64,000 nt of DNA from a virus (lineage: Duplodnaviria; Caudoviricetes), in IMG/VR virus record IMGVR_UViG_3300014613_000025, positions 1-64,000 of that record; one strand, given 5' to 3'. The translations under genes were made by a program, and so were the position numbers. The notes below the pieces were generated by a model. The model worked only from the letters and a program-made list of their open reading frames with translations, was not told where the DNA came from and searched no databases. Of the stretch, positions 20,390 through 30,846 are shown in pieces; position 1 is the first letter of the stretch, and each line of letters begins with the position of its first letter.

Positions 20390-20755
20390 ATGCGAATACT
20401 ATTCGTTGACGATGACGATACCAGACACGACATCGCCGCCAAAGCGTTCAAGGCGCACGAGGTCTGGCACGCGCGAGACATTGACGTCGCCATCCACATG
20501 CTTGCAGCGCGCGAGTATGACCTGGTGTGTATCGACCACGACATGGCAGACGATGGCAGGACCGGGGTCGATGTCGCTACCGCACTGGTCGCCCAACCGT
20601 GGGAACCTCGCTTTGCGTGGGTCCACTCGTGGAACCCGGTTGGTCAGCAACGGATTGCGGACGTTCTAAGCGGCAAGGTAAGGCATGGCATCCGCGCGTT
20701 TTCTGGCGATGCGTGCGTGTCAGTGTCTCAGATAGTGAGAGGCATAGAGACATGA
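20390..20755 (+). CDS. cyclic-phosphate-processing receiver (cREC)-like domain protein
   Basis: ILFVDDD...YDLVCIDHDM...G.DVA...VHSWNPVG pattern. Confidence 0.75.
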   Translation: MRILFVDDDDTRHDIAAKAFKAHEVWHARDIDVAIHMLAAREYDLVCIDHDMADDGRTGVDVATALVAQPWEPRFAWVHSWNPVGQQRIADVLSGKVRHGIRAFSGDACVSVSQIVRGIET

Positions 20756-21130
20756 GAGCCATAGACGGTATCGCGGTAGCCATGCTCGGCGGTGCGATGG
20801 GTGCTATCGCATCAATGTCTGTCGAACGATGGGACGCACGTACCGTGTTGGCATCGGTAGCGTTAGCGGCCATGGCGGCATGGTGTGTGTCGCAGTGGAA
20901 AGGAGACGATGACGATGGCGAATAGCATGACCGTGATGGTGCCAAGGCGCATCGTGGTGCACAAGGACGGCGCGCATTGCGGGAGGTTGTGTTCTTGGTT
21001 GTGGGACGTATATGGCGCGTCAGAGTGCGATGTGTTCATTCTGCGCGGCGGCCCTTCGCGACCACTGGTTAGGGACAATGTCGGCCCGCTCCGATGCAAG
21101 CAATGCCTCGCCGCGACCAAGGCGAAGTGA
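20752..21130 (+). CDS. small membrane protein (20752-20925) and Cys-rich hypothetical (20909-21130)
   Basis: two hydrophobic helices in the first; coupled ORFs. Confidence 0.5.
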
Positions 21131-21840
21131 TGGCGCGTCACGACTCGCTAGGCGACCGAATGAAGCGCTACGAGTGCGCCACGCGCACAACGCTAACGCC
21201 TCGCACGCCGGTCATCGTCCGCGTTGACGGCAAGGCATTCCACGCTTACACGCGAGGGCTACCGGCATTCCACGAGCCGTTCGGTGATGCCATGGCTGTG
21301 GTCGCGTGGAAGCTATGCGAAGGCATCCAAGGCGCTGTGATGGCCTACGTGCAAAGTGACGAGGTCAGCGTTCTCGTGCACCCATACAAGCGCTATGCGA
21401 CAAGCGCATGGTTTGACGGGCAAGTCCAGAAGACCGTTAGCGTTGCGGCAAGCATTGCGTCGTCGACCATGACGGTGGAGTCCGCGCGTGTGTTCCAATA
21501 CATTAGACCCGCAGTCTTCGACGCGCGCGCGTTCGTATTGCCAGAGGGCGAGGTGGCTAACTACTTCGTCTGGCGACAGCAAGACGCTGTCCGCAACAGC
21601 GTTCAGATGCACGCGCGCTCGATGTTTTCTCACAAGCAATGCGACCACAAGAACTGCGACACGCTCAAGGCCATGTGTGCGGACGCGGGCAAGCCATGGG
21701 ATGACCTGTTGCCGCGCTGGCGCCAAGGTATCGTGTCGATGCGTGGCGGTGGCGACATCCCAGGGAGGTCAATGCCCGCCATGACGTTTGCCGACAACCG
21801 AGACGTCTTTGCGTTGTTGCTAGCGACGGAGGAGGAGTGA
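21130..21840 (+). CDS. tRNA(His) guanylyltransferase Thg1-like protein
   Basis: DSLGDRMKRYE, VIVRVDGKAFH, YVQSDEVSVL, FDARAF, YFVWRQQDAVRNS. Confidence 0.92.
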   Translation: MARHDSLGDRMKRYECATRTTLTPRTPVIVRVDGKAFHAYTRGLPAFHEPFGDAMAVVAWKLCEGIQGAVMAYVQSDEVSVLVHPYKRYATSAWFDGQVQKTVSVAASIASSTMTVESARVFQYIRPAVFDARAFVLPEGEVANYFVWRQQDAVRNSVQMHARSMFSHKQCDHKNCDTLKAMCADAGKPWDDLLPRWRQGIVSMRGGGDIPGRSMPAMTFADNRDVFALLLATEEE

Positions 21841-22163
21841 TGTCGGCAACGAGTGAGACAGTTATACCGTTCGACCGAACCGGCACCCTAATCGAAGTGG
21901 GAGACATTGTCCTGTATGCTCACAACCTGGATCGCAGTGCTGGTCTGCAATGGGGCAAGGTTGTTGCGCTTGACTATGGCGATGACCGATACAAGTTCCC
22001 GCGAGGTGTGCGCGTTCACGTGCGCGGTGTGTCAGAGTACTCCAGTAGGCCACCAACGTTACTGTTGCGCGTGGGTCGGTTGCAGTACCCCGACCGCGTG
22101 GTTGTCATACCGCTCCCCAGGGTACCGGTTGCAATTGGCGACTTGCTAAGAGGTGTGACGTGA
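21837..22163 (+). CDS. hypothetical protein (SH3/KOW-like start)
   Basis: FDRTGTLIEVGDIVLYA; coupled to Thg1. Confidence 0.55.
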   Translation: MMSATSETVIPFDRTGTLIEVGDIVLYAHNLDRSAGLQWGKVVALDYGDDRYKFPRGVRVHVRGVSEYSSRPPTLLLRVGRLQYPDRVVVIPLPRVPVAIGDLLRGVT

Positions 22164-22197
22164 CTCGCGACGGGCCTAAACGCGTGGGACTGTAGAC

Positions 22198-23535
22198 ATG
22201 GCTGACGTTCTCCTGGTCAATTATGACAATGGGTCGCACATCGCTCAACCGCCCCACGGGTTGGCGTATCTCGCGAGCGCGCTTGTCAACGCGGGCCACA
22301 ACGTTGACGTGTGGGACGCTGGCGTTACGCACGAGCCTGCCGACAAGTTGCGTGAACACATCAACGCAACCAAGCCGTCAGTCGTGGCAGCGTCCGTGAT
22401 CGGCGGATACTGGCAGCATGCCCAATTGCTAGCGCTCAGCAAGGCCGTGAATGCCTCGCAACATCGTGACCGCTTGTGGTATGTCATCGGAGGACATGGC
22501 CCTGCCAGTGCCCCGGAGTACTTCCGCAAGGTAACGGGTGCCGATACCGTCTTTAGCGGCGAGGGCGAGGTAACGTTCCCCGCGCTGTGCTCCGCTAAGG
22601 ACCGCCCGCAATTCGCGCACGGTGAGACTGTTGACGTTGACGCGGTAGCGTGGCCCGCGTGGGACTTGTTTGACATGTCCGTCTATAGGTTGCAACGGTA
22701 TCCCAAGACGTTGCCGACCGACTTCGCTATGCCGGTGTTGAGCGGACGAGGGTGCACGTATAAGTGCTCATTCTGTTTTCGCCACGTGCCGGGATTCCGC
22801 GCGCGTCAACCCGCTGCCGTTGCCGATGAGATTGCTTGGTTGCAAAGCGCACACAATATGACGTACGTCAATTTCGACGATGAACTGCTCATGAGTGGCC
22901 CCAAGCGCACGCGCGACTTGTGCGAGGCAATCGGACCACTAGGCATTCGGTGGATGTGCAATGGTCGCCTTGACGTTGCAGCGAAGCACCCTGATCTGTT
23001 GCCATTGATGCGAGACGCGGGAGCGACGTTCATCAACTACGGGGTTGAGTCTCTCTCGCAACCCGTGCTCGATGCCATGAACAAGCGCCTAACTGTGGAG
23101 CAGATTCACGCTGGCGTACGTGCTACGCTTGACGCTGGTTTAAGTCCGGGCCTCAACGTCATGTGGGGTTGCCCCAATGACACGGTTGAGTCGTTGCGCA
23201 TGTTGGTCGGCTTCCTACGTGAGTATGATGATGGCGCGCAGATTCGCTCGATCAGACCGGTAACGCCCTACCCCGGCAGTCCGCTGTTCGACCTGGCGGT
23301 GCGCGAAGGGCGTATCAAAGACGCCGAAGACTTCTATGTGCGACACGTCAACAGCGACCTTGCAAGCGTGCAGTGGACTGGCCTAGATGACGACGCGTTC
23401 CACTCCGCGCTATACGACGCTAACGCCGACCTTGTGGAGTACGGTTGCGAACGGATCGAGGCCGACCGCAAGCGTCAATTGTCCAAGTTATACCACGAGC
23501 GCGATGCCTCGTGGCGCGGGTTCAGACACACCTAG
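22198..23535 (+). CDS. cobalamin-binding radical SAM enzyme (class B methyltransferase-like)
   Basis: N-terminal PPHGLAYLAS...IGGHGPA B12-binding domain; GRGCTYKCSFC; YGVESLSQ; TPYPGSPLF. Confidence 0.88.
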   Translation: MADVLLVNYDNGSHIAQPPHGLAYLASALVNAGHNVDVWDAGVTHEPADKLREHINATKPSVVAASVIGGYWQHAQLLALSKAVNASQHRDRLWYVIGGHGPASAPEYFRKVTGADTVFSGEGEVTFPALCSAKDRPQFAHGETVDVDAVAWPAWDLFDMSVYRLQRYPKTLPTDFAMPVLSGRGCTYKCSFCFRHVPGFRARQPAAVADEIAWLQSAHNMTYVNFDDELLMSGPKRTRDLCEAIGPLGIRWMCNGRLDVAAKHPDLLPLMRDAGATFINYGVESLSQPVLDAMNKRLTVEQIHAGVRATLDAGLSPGLNVMWGCPNDTVESLRMLVGFLREYDDGAQIRSIRPVTPYPGSPLFDLAVREGRIKDAEDFYVRHVNSDLASVQWTGLDDDAFHSALYDANADLVEYGCERIEADRKRQLSKLYHERDASWRGFRHT

Positions 23536-23544
23536 GAGGGTAAC

Positions 23545-25392
23545 GTGATGCCGTGGCCGAATGATTACCGTCAACCCGCGACGCGGGCAATGCCGCAACC
23601 GTCAGACGTATTCGACATCAACGCAGAACTTGAAGCGTATGGGTGCGGTCATCTGGCGGTGAAGGAGGAGCCGGTGGGACTATTGCAAGAGTGGTTTGGT
23701 GGGCCATTCGTGTGCCTGTTGTGCGGGGAGAAAAGCGTGGATGTGGTGGAGTACCAAGAGAGGAACAACGACAGATGGTCACACAACATGTTCGGCAAAC
23801 TTGTAACTGTGGCCTATGCCCCAAGAAGCGTCCGCGCTAAGTATCAGTGCTACAGTTGCGGTGCTACCATCGTGGTGGACCGATGAACCACAACCCAAAC
23901 GGCGACCCTGGTAGTCACAACCCTCGCGGCAATCCTCAACGCGGGTTGCGACTGCCAACGATTACGATTGACCTGCCGCACATCTACTTGCCACAGTTTA
24001 CGGCCTGCACGTCATGTACGCATTGCCTTGACGCCGAAGCGTGTGACGTCGCCACGTGTGACCGGCCAGACGCTTGTGCGTGCGACAGTGCCAACGGTTG
24101 CGAGTCATGCGAAGCGGGCGGCATCTGTCGCCACTGCGGCGGCAAGGACGACTATGCGGAGCGTGGCAAAGACGGACTAGTGTGTTGCTGGCAATGCGTG
24201 GATAAGGAGACGGCGTGAGACCCGTTCGCCACACGTCAACCGATGCGCTCCTAGGCCATCGGGTCGCTTTCACCGGCAGTGCTGATGTGCTTAGGTTCGA
24301 GTCGCCACGTGGCCCGGTAGACACCATGGCGAAGCAAGCGACAGGAACACTACTCAAGACGGTCGCAACCAACGGGGTGCGGCCCGATAACCGCAACGAC
24401 GCATTGTGTGCGGACCCTATCCACGAATTGCGCGAAGTGATGGCGGAACACTCCGTCAACGGGTCGTGGATGATGTCGCGACTTGCCGCTGAGAGGCTGT
24501 GGTCTCGTGCTGTGGTTGATGCGTTGTGGCCCGACCATGACGCTGGCGTGGCAACGCTGGACATCAATGGTAAACGCATATCGGTTGACGTGGCCCGCAA
24601 CGATACGCCTAAGCGCATCGCGTCCAAACTTGTGGACGCCGTCAATTCGTCGAGCGTTGGGCTCGTGGCTAGCGTTAGGAAGGAACCAGGATGACAGACC
24701 CACACAGATACCTAGTCAAGGTTGGGGATATCGTCGAGACGTATCACGACGGGAGGGCAACGGTAACCAAGGCCAAACACGAGGGCCACGTGCAATACGA
24801 CTTCGACAGCGGCGAACTGTACTACACGCTACACACGTGGGAGTCGTGGGTCAAGGCCATCGACAGCGGCGAAGTCAAGGTGATACGCGCCCTAAACGCG
24901 TCGGGTTAGTGGTATGACGTCAACCAAGTGGCCGCCGCACCCATGCTCGCGTTGCCAGTGTGAGGACTGTTGCGAGACAGGAGCGTATCGAGACTTCTAC
25001 GTGCGCAGTGCGATTGACGGGTCGTGGTGGTGCGAGGTGTGTTGGTTGTATGACGTCGAGGGTTGCAATTCAGATTGCGAGCGCCCACCGTATATTGACA
25101 TTGTCTACAGGGAGGTGTGAGCATGGGCGTCACGTTGGAAGAGTACGATAGACTTGAACGCGAGGTAAAGACCGACTACGTTCGACACACACCAACGCAG
25201 CGGTTGGCTCTTGGCCTTGTGAGGTTATCAGAACTGACGGCAGAGCAAGACATAGCGTGCACTGATGATGTGCTATACGGCCCTGGTGGTGGCCCAGATT
25301 CACACTACTTTGAGAAAGCAGACATCTTGCTATTGTTGTCGCTTGGTTGGCGCTGGCATGCAACCGTCGAGTCGTGGGCGTTTGTGGTATGA
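23545..25392 (+). CDS. run of small hypothetical ORFs (23545-23886, 23883-24218, 24215-24694, 24691-24909, 24914-25120, 25117-25392)
   Basis: coupled starts/stops; two are very Cys-rich. Confidence 0.55.
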
Positions 25393-26153
25393 CACCCGCC
25401 GAAATCCTAACCTCGATAGGCCACGAACCGCGCAACCCGCGACCGTTCGGCCCAACGCGAGACGGCACCGCTACGGCCTGGACGTGCGACGGTGGAACCA
25501 TCTACCTCGACAGGTCACCAACTACGCCATACGTCGGGCGCGGGTCTGCCATGCTCGCCATCGACGACGCGAGACGTGCGCACCTAATCGAGCGCCAAGC
25601 GTGCGGTCGGCGAGTGCTTGACTTCGGGTCTGGCCTTGGTGGGTTCGTTGGCCGTGTGCGTGAGTGCGCAGCGTTTGCGATTGGCTACGAACCGTCCGCT
25701 CCCGATGCCATCACATGGTCATCGGTGGCCCACCAAGGCCCCTACGACATCGCAACAGCGTGGCATGTGGTAGAACACCTTGACGACCCTATTGAGGCCC
25801 TGACGCGCCTGTCAGGCATCATGGCTCCCGGTGCGCTACTGGTCGTCGAAGTGCCCCATGCGCGCGATTGGTTGCTCCACTCGTGCGGGGCGTTCCGTGC
25901 GTTCTCGCTGTGGTCGGAGCATCGTATTCTGCACACGCGAGAGACGTTGCGGTCGCTGCTACAATGTGGAGGCTTCGACGTCGAACGGATTGAGGCCGTG
26001 CAACGCTACCCGCTCGCCAATCACCTGCACTGGCTAACGCGTGGGATGCCAGGTGGGGTTGATGTCAACGAGAACCTTGACCGCGAGTATGCGGCAATGC
26101 TTGCGGCGCGAGATGAGACCGATACTCTGATCGCTTGGGCAAGGAAGGGGTGA
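25389..26153 (+). CDS. class I SAM-dependent methyltransferase
   Basis: VLDFGSGLG, WHVVEHLDDP, LVVEVP, QRYPLANHLHWL. Confidence 0.88.
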   Translation: MTPAEILTSIGHEPRNPRPFGPTRDGTATAWTCDGGTIYLDRSPTTPYVGRGSAMLAIDDARRAHLIERQACGRRVLDFGSGLGGFVGRVRECAAFAIGYEPSAPDAITWSSVAHQGPYDIATAWHVVEHLDDPIEALTRLSGIMAPGALLVVEVPHARDWLLHSCGAFRAFSLWSEHRILHTRETLRSLLQCGGFDVERIEAVQRYPLANHLHWLTRGMPGGVDVNENLDREYAAMLAARDETDTLIAWARKG

Positions 26154-26156
26154 CAA

Positions 26157-27200
26157 GTGGAACGTAAACTAGCAAGCATCCAACGCATCGAATCACTGAA
26201 GCCCATAGCCAAGGCCGACGCCATCGAGTGCGCTCGCGTACTTGGATGGGATGTCGTGGTCAAGAAGGGAGAATTCCAACCCGGAGACCTGTGCGTCTAC
26301 TTCGAGATTGACTCGATGATACCGCAGGACGTGCCAGAATTGGCATTCATGGCTAACGCTCGATGGCGAGTCAAGACCATCAAGTTGCGGGGCCAATTGT
26401 CGCAGGGCCTAGCGTTACCAGTGTCCACGTTCCCTTGGTTGCGGCTCACCGACAACCCTATCGACACCGACGTATCAAGCATGATTGGCAGCGGTGTCAC
26501 CAAGTGGGAACCGGACATTCACCCGTCGCTATCGGGAGAAGCGCGCGGGTCGTTCCCTGGGTTCCTTCGCAAGACCGACGAACCACGCATTCAGTCGTGC
26601 GCCGGATTGCTGCGCAGGCATGCGGACGCGTTGTGGTATGCGACCGAGAAACTGGACGGCACATCGTTTACGGCGTACTGGTATCGCGAAGACTTTGGCG
26701 TGTGCTCGCGCAACCTCAACCTGAAACCAGAGAGCGTCAATGGCAACGACACGCGCAATGTTCACTGGCGCGTTGCTAACCGGCTGGACCTGGCAGAGAC
26801 GTTGCCAAAGTTGTGTGTTGCATACGGACGCGACCTAGCTATCCAAGGCGAAGTCGTCGGCCCTCGCATCCAAGGAAACAAGTACGGGCTAGAGGAACCA
26901 ACGTTGTTCCTGTTTGGTGTGTATGACATCGAGCGCGCTGAATTCTTGGACTTGCCAGACCTTGTCAATATGTCTGCATCACTTGGTGTCAAGCATGTGC
27001 CAATGATTGCCAACCACATAGACTTGGGCGGCTCTACTGTTAATGACCTGGTTAGGAGTGCTGAGGGTAAGTCTAGGTTAGCCGACACACAGCGTGAGGG
27101 ACTGGTCTACCGGACCACGCAATACCGCGCAGACGACAGGGCGGGCCATGCGTCGTTCAAGGCCATCAACAACAAGTTCCTGCTAAAGCACGGCGAGTGA
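26157..27200 (+). CDS. RNA ligase, Rnl2/DRB0094 family
   Basis: RKLASIQRI N-domain, ATEKLDGTS (KxDG), IQGEV.G..IQGNKY, REGLVY, FKAINNKFL. Confidence 0.92.
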   Translation: MERKLASIQRIESLKPIAKADAIECARVLGWDVVVKKGEFQPGDLCVYFEIDSMIPQDVPELAFMANARWRVKTIKLRGQLSQGLALPVSTFPWLRLTDNPIDTDVSSMIGSGVTKWEPDIHPSLSGEARGSFPGFLRKTDEPRIQSCAGLLRRHADALWYATEKLDGTSFTAYWYREDFGVCSRNLNLKPESVNGNDTRNVHWRVANRLDLAETLPKLCVAYGRDLAIQGEVVGPRIQGNKYGLEEPTLFLFGVYDIERAEFLDLPDLVNMSASLGVKHVPMIANHIDLGGSTVNDLVRSAEGKSRLADTQREGLVYRTTQYRADDRAGHASFKAINNKFLLKHGE

Positions 27201-27239
27201 CCATGGCTGACCACGGCCTAAACGTGTAGGGCTATAGAC

Positions 27240-27461
27240 ATGAGCGACAACGTAACAACCGAAGCGGTAGCACTCGACCCCGAAGCGCTATGGGAGCACG
27301 TCGGGTTGCCAATCATCAAGCAGGTGTGCGCGCCAATCGTTGAGGGAATCGAGTCGCAAGCGCTTGCGCTAGAGTACGGCATCGAACCTGAGCGGGTGGC
27401 CGCGACGCTGCGCGTGTTGGCTAAGTCTATTCGCGAGGCGTACGGGTTGGAGTCTATGTAG
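27240..27461 (+). CDS. hypothetical protein
   Basis: starts 23 nt after a CCTAAAC motif. Confidence 0.55.
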   Translation: MSDNVTTEAVALDPEALWEHVGLPIIKQVCAPIVEGIESQALALEYGIEPERVAATLRVLAKSIREAYGLESM

Positions 27462-27462
27462 C

Positions 27463-28491
27463 ATGTTCGACACTCACGCATACGAGCGCATGCACGGCCT
27501 CACGCACGGTAGTCTGTTCGAGCGCTACCGCTCACGCAAGCCAACCGTGTGGAACATTGAGACTACCTCGCATTGCAACATGCGTTGCCGGATGTGTCCA
27601 CGAACCACGATGATGACGCGTAAGCCGTCGACGATGCCTCTTGGCACGTTCGCTAACGTGGTATCGCAACTGACGGCCCCAACGCGAGAGGCCGAGATGT
27701 CGTGGCGATGGTTCTGCGAAGACGTATTCGGCATAGCTCACGATGACGCGCCAAGCGAGAATCACTTTTACCTGCACACCATGCCATGGGTCGTGCAACT
27801 ACACGGCTACGGTGACCCGCTACTCGACCCGCACATTGCGGAGCGTATTGCGTTGCTTACCGAACGAGGGTTGCGCTCCTACTTCTCGTGTAACCCGGCC
27901 AACGTGGACCAAGCGCGTATCAACGATTGCCTGCGCGCTGGCCTTGGCGTGGTTAAGTTTAGCATCGAGTCAACCGATGACGAGCGGTTCAGGTCGATAC
28001 GTGGCAACAAGGCGACATTCACGCAAGCGTTTGACGCCGTCAGGAACGTGGTTGACGCGAGAGACCATGTCAATCCACATACCCAAGTTGTCGTGACCAT
28101 GCTTGACCTTGGCGCGAGCGACAGCGCTGCCGAATTCGCACGACTTCGCGAAGCGTTCGATGGGGTTGACGTGTATCTGTACCACAAGAGCGAGGATACC
28201 CAGTGGTTGAGACCAGACGGGACACACGGCACCAATTCAATCCACTGGTCAACGCCGTGTCTACACCCCTGGACGTCGATGACCGTGCTCGCCAACGGCG
28301 ATGTCGGGGCTTGTATGGAAACGTTTGACGAGGGAGAATTCGCACTCGGCAACGTCAACGATGCGTCGCTAGAGGACATCTGGAATGGCGAGGCGTATGC
28401 CGCGTTGCGACGCGCCCACCTGACCGGCAAGGGGTTGCCGCTCAAGTGCCAAGCGCGTTGCGATATGCCTGTGATTGGAGGGAGACAATGA
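27463..28491 (+). CDS. radical SAM enzyme with SPASM/Twitch domain
   Basis: CNMRCRMC; GYGDPLLD; C-terminal CLHPW...GDVGAC...GNVND.SLEDIWNG...CQARC. Confidence 0.88.
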   Translation: MFDTHAYERMHGLTHGSLFERYRSRKPTVWNIETTSHCNMRCRMCPRTTMMTRKPSTMPLGTFANVVSQLTAPTREAEMSWRWFCEDVFGIAHDDAPSENHFYLHTMPWVVQLHGYGDPLLDPHIAERIALLTERGLRSYFSCNPANVDQARINDCLRAGLGVVKFSIESTDDERFRSIRGNKATFTQAFDAVRNVVDARDHVNPHTQVVVTMLDLGASDSAAEFARLREAFDGVDVYLYHKSEDTQWLRPDGTHGTNSIHWSTPCLHPWTSMTVLANGDVGACMETFDEGEFALGNVNDASLEDIWNGEAYAALRRAHLTGKGLPLKCQARCDMPVIGGRQ

Positions 28492-29797
28492 ATATTGAAG
28501 ATGACACCCTGTGCGACGTGTGCTATCATTCTGGCGTTACCACTGTTGAGATGGTTGGCATTCAGGTGTGCGCCGATTGTTTATGGTCTGCTAGCCAAGC
28601 AATGGCTAGACACATGCAAAGCCATGGCCTAACGGACACTGACGAAAGCGCAAACGCCATAAGTGACGCGTGGCGATTGGCCGAAGCGGCAATGTTGGCG
28701 GCAACGGAGGGCGAATGAAGACGCTAGCGTTTGAGGGTTACAGTGATGATACGTTCGGTGAATACCGCACAACCATGGACGATGCCAGCAACAGTGCCAA
28801 CGGTAAGCCCATCGTGTTTTCGGTGCGCTCGCCATCGACAGGCGATGGCCTTTTCGTGTGGGGACTGTACGCCAACGATGACGCGCCAAGGTCAACGCCA
28901 GGTTGCTGGGTTATCGGTATCCAACAGTTAGACGAGGACGTCCTGTTGCCGTTGTGGCCCATGTACTGGCGCACAGCCAAGAGCGGGTATTCGCCTATCC
29001 TTGAGATTGACGCCCCTGACGATGTTGTTGTGAAGTACGAATCGCCAGGGAAGGAAGGGCGATGAGCAAGCAAGAGATTATCAGTTGCGACGTGTGCAAA
29101 ACTGCCGAAGAAGTAAACGACGCCACGCGTGACGGACGATGGTGTCACGTCTTCATAGAACTAACGCCCAAACTGTCGGGGCGCAAAGGCCGCTCTTACG
29201 ACCTATGCCCAGAGTGCGCGTCCCGCGTCAACGACGCGTTGACAGAGCGATGAGCATCGCGCGCAAAGTCTCGCCGCCTATCGCGCTAGCAATAGCGGTT
29301 GCCGTCGTGCTGTTCGCGTTCGCTGCGCCCACCGTGCAAGCGTTGCTGATTGTGTGGGCGTTCTGTGATTGGCGGGGCTAACGGCGTGCGTGCCGATATA
29401 CGCAACTGTGATTGTCGAGGTGGGCCTTGAGCCAACTTGTTTGCGCGCTCAAAGTGCCCAGTTTAGGCAAGGAAGGTGCGCGATGGTAATCAACGTAACA
29501 CTGGAACACTTCAACGGTCACGGGTTCGAGTGTTCATTCGACCCGCCCATGACCGAGTGGAAACTACACGGGGTGTCGTACAAGTGGACAGAGGCCAGAG
29601 TCGTCGAATGTCTGAATTCGTTTACGGGCAGACCTATGTTGATTGAGGAACCTGGGCCTAACGAACACGTACCGGCTAGCGTGCTAACCGTGGGCCGCGT
29701 CGCGCGTGAACTGGTGCGCGTTCTCAACAACCTAGTCGCGCGAGAATGTATCATCGCTGACGGGTTCAGGTCGGCACACGTTAGGGCGTGGCCGTGA
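28488..29797 (+). CDS. run of small hypothetical ORFs (28488-28718, 28715-29065, 29062-29253, 29250-29381, 29483-29797)
   Basis: coupled overlaps and RBSs. Confidence 0.55.
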
Positions 29798-30450
29798 TTC
29801 TCATCTTCGGAGGTGGGCCGATATCGGATGCGCTAACGCATGGCTTGCCGAACACGCAACGCTTGCATAGGTCAGAGGTTGACGTTACGGATCTTGACGA
29901 AGCCGCGTGGGCATTCAAAACATGGCACACCTCCACCTCCGTCATCGTGTGCGCGGCCCGCAACCCCAAACACGGCGATGCCTGGGCCTGGCGGCCTTTC
30001 CACGAGACCCACAACGACGGGGTTGACTCGTGGTCCGTCAACGTCGCCGGGTCCGCTAACGTGGCCCGTGCGGCCATTGCCGCGTGGTTGCCCAAGGGCG
30101 TGCGCGGTAGCATCGTCCTGATGGGCTCGATACACGGCGAAGTCTCGCCTGACCCGCGACTATACGACGGGGCGCACAAACCCTGGGAATACAGCGCCAC
30201 GAAAGCCGCGCTGCCTGCCCTGGCGCGATACGTCGCCGCTCACTACGGGCGAGACGGTATCAGGTGCAACGTGCTGGCCCCTGGCGGGGTCGACACGACG
30301 TCGATGCAGTCCTATGCGCATCGGTCGCCATCGGGTCGCATGGTGCCCCTACAAGGCGTCGTGAGCGCAGCAAAGTGGCTTTGCTCGCCAGACTCTGATG
30401 GCGTCAACGGGACCGTTGTTCGTGTGGATGATGGGTGGTGCGCGGTCTAA
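29794..30450 (+). CDS. short-chain dehydrogenase/reductase (PtmA-like)
   Basis: IFGGGPI, NVAG, MGSIHG, YSATK (YxxxK), IRCNVLAPGGV, NGTVVRVDDGW. Confidence 0.82.
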   Translation: MILIFGGGPISDALTHGLPNTQRLHRSEVDVTDLDEAAWAFKTWHTSTSVIVCAARNPKHGDAWAWRPFHETHNDGVDSWSVNVAGSANVARAAIAAWLPKGVRGSIVLMGSIHGEVSPDPRLYDGAHKPWEYSATKAALPALARYVAAHYGRDGIRCNVLAPGGVDTTSMQSYAHRSPSGRMVPLQGVVSAAKWLCSPDSDGVNGTVVRVDDGWCAV

Positions 30451-30791
30451 CCTTCAAGGATTGCCAACGCGGACGCGGGCCACTTGGTTTTAGCGTCCCA
30501 CCCTGGAGCGTCGTCGGCCATGCGGTAGCAAGGCACGGCCTCTCCGCCACCGTCGCCCAGTCGCAATTCAGGCACAGCCCACGTTGATGCTAGGTAGGTG
30601 TAGGATTCAACGTCTGGGATGCCATCCGCTAGGATGGTGCCTCCAGTGTAACCCCAGTCGCCACTCAACCCGGCCTGGGCATCGGTGGCCCCACGCTCTC
30701 GGATGATGCGGGCGGCCTTGTCCCAGTCGAAGACCATGCTTGGATTGCCAGCATTAGCCATGCCCATATCGAATGCTTGCCATGTGTTCAA
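30447..30791 (-). CDS. hypothetical protein
   Basis: GGAGG RBS; VFDWDKAARII...AGLSGDWGYTGG. Confidence 0.7.
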   Translation of the reverse strand: MNTWQAFDMGMANAGNPSMVFDWDKAARIIRERGATDAQAGLSGDWGYTGGTILADGIPDVESYTYLASTWAVPELRLGDGGGEAVPCYRMADDAPGWDAKTKWPASALAILEG

Positions 30792-30846
30792 TGTCTTTCC
30801 CTCCTAACCGTCGTATTCGCTAACCTTACCCTAACCACGTTTAGAC

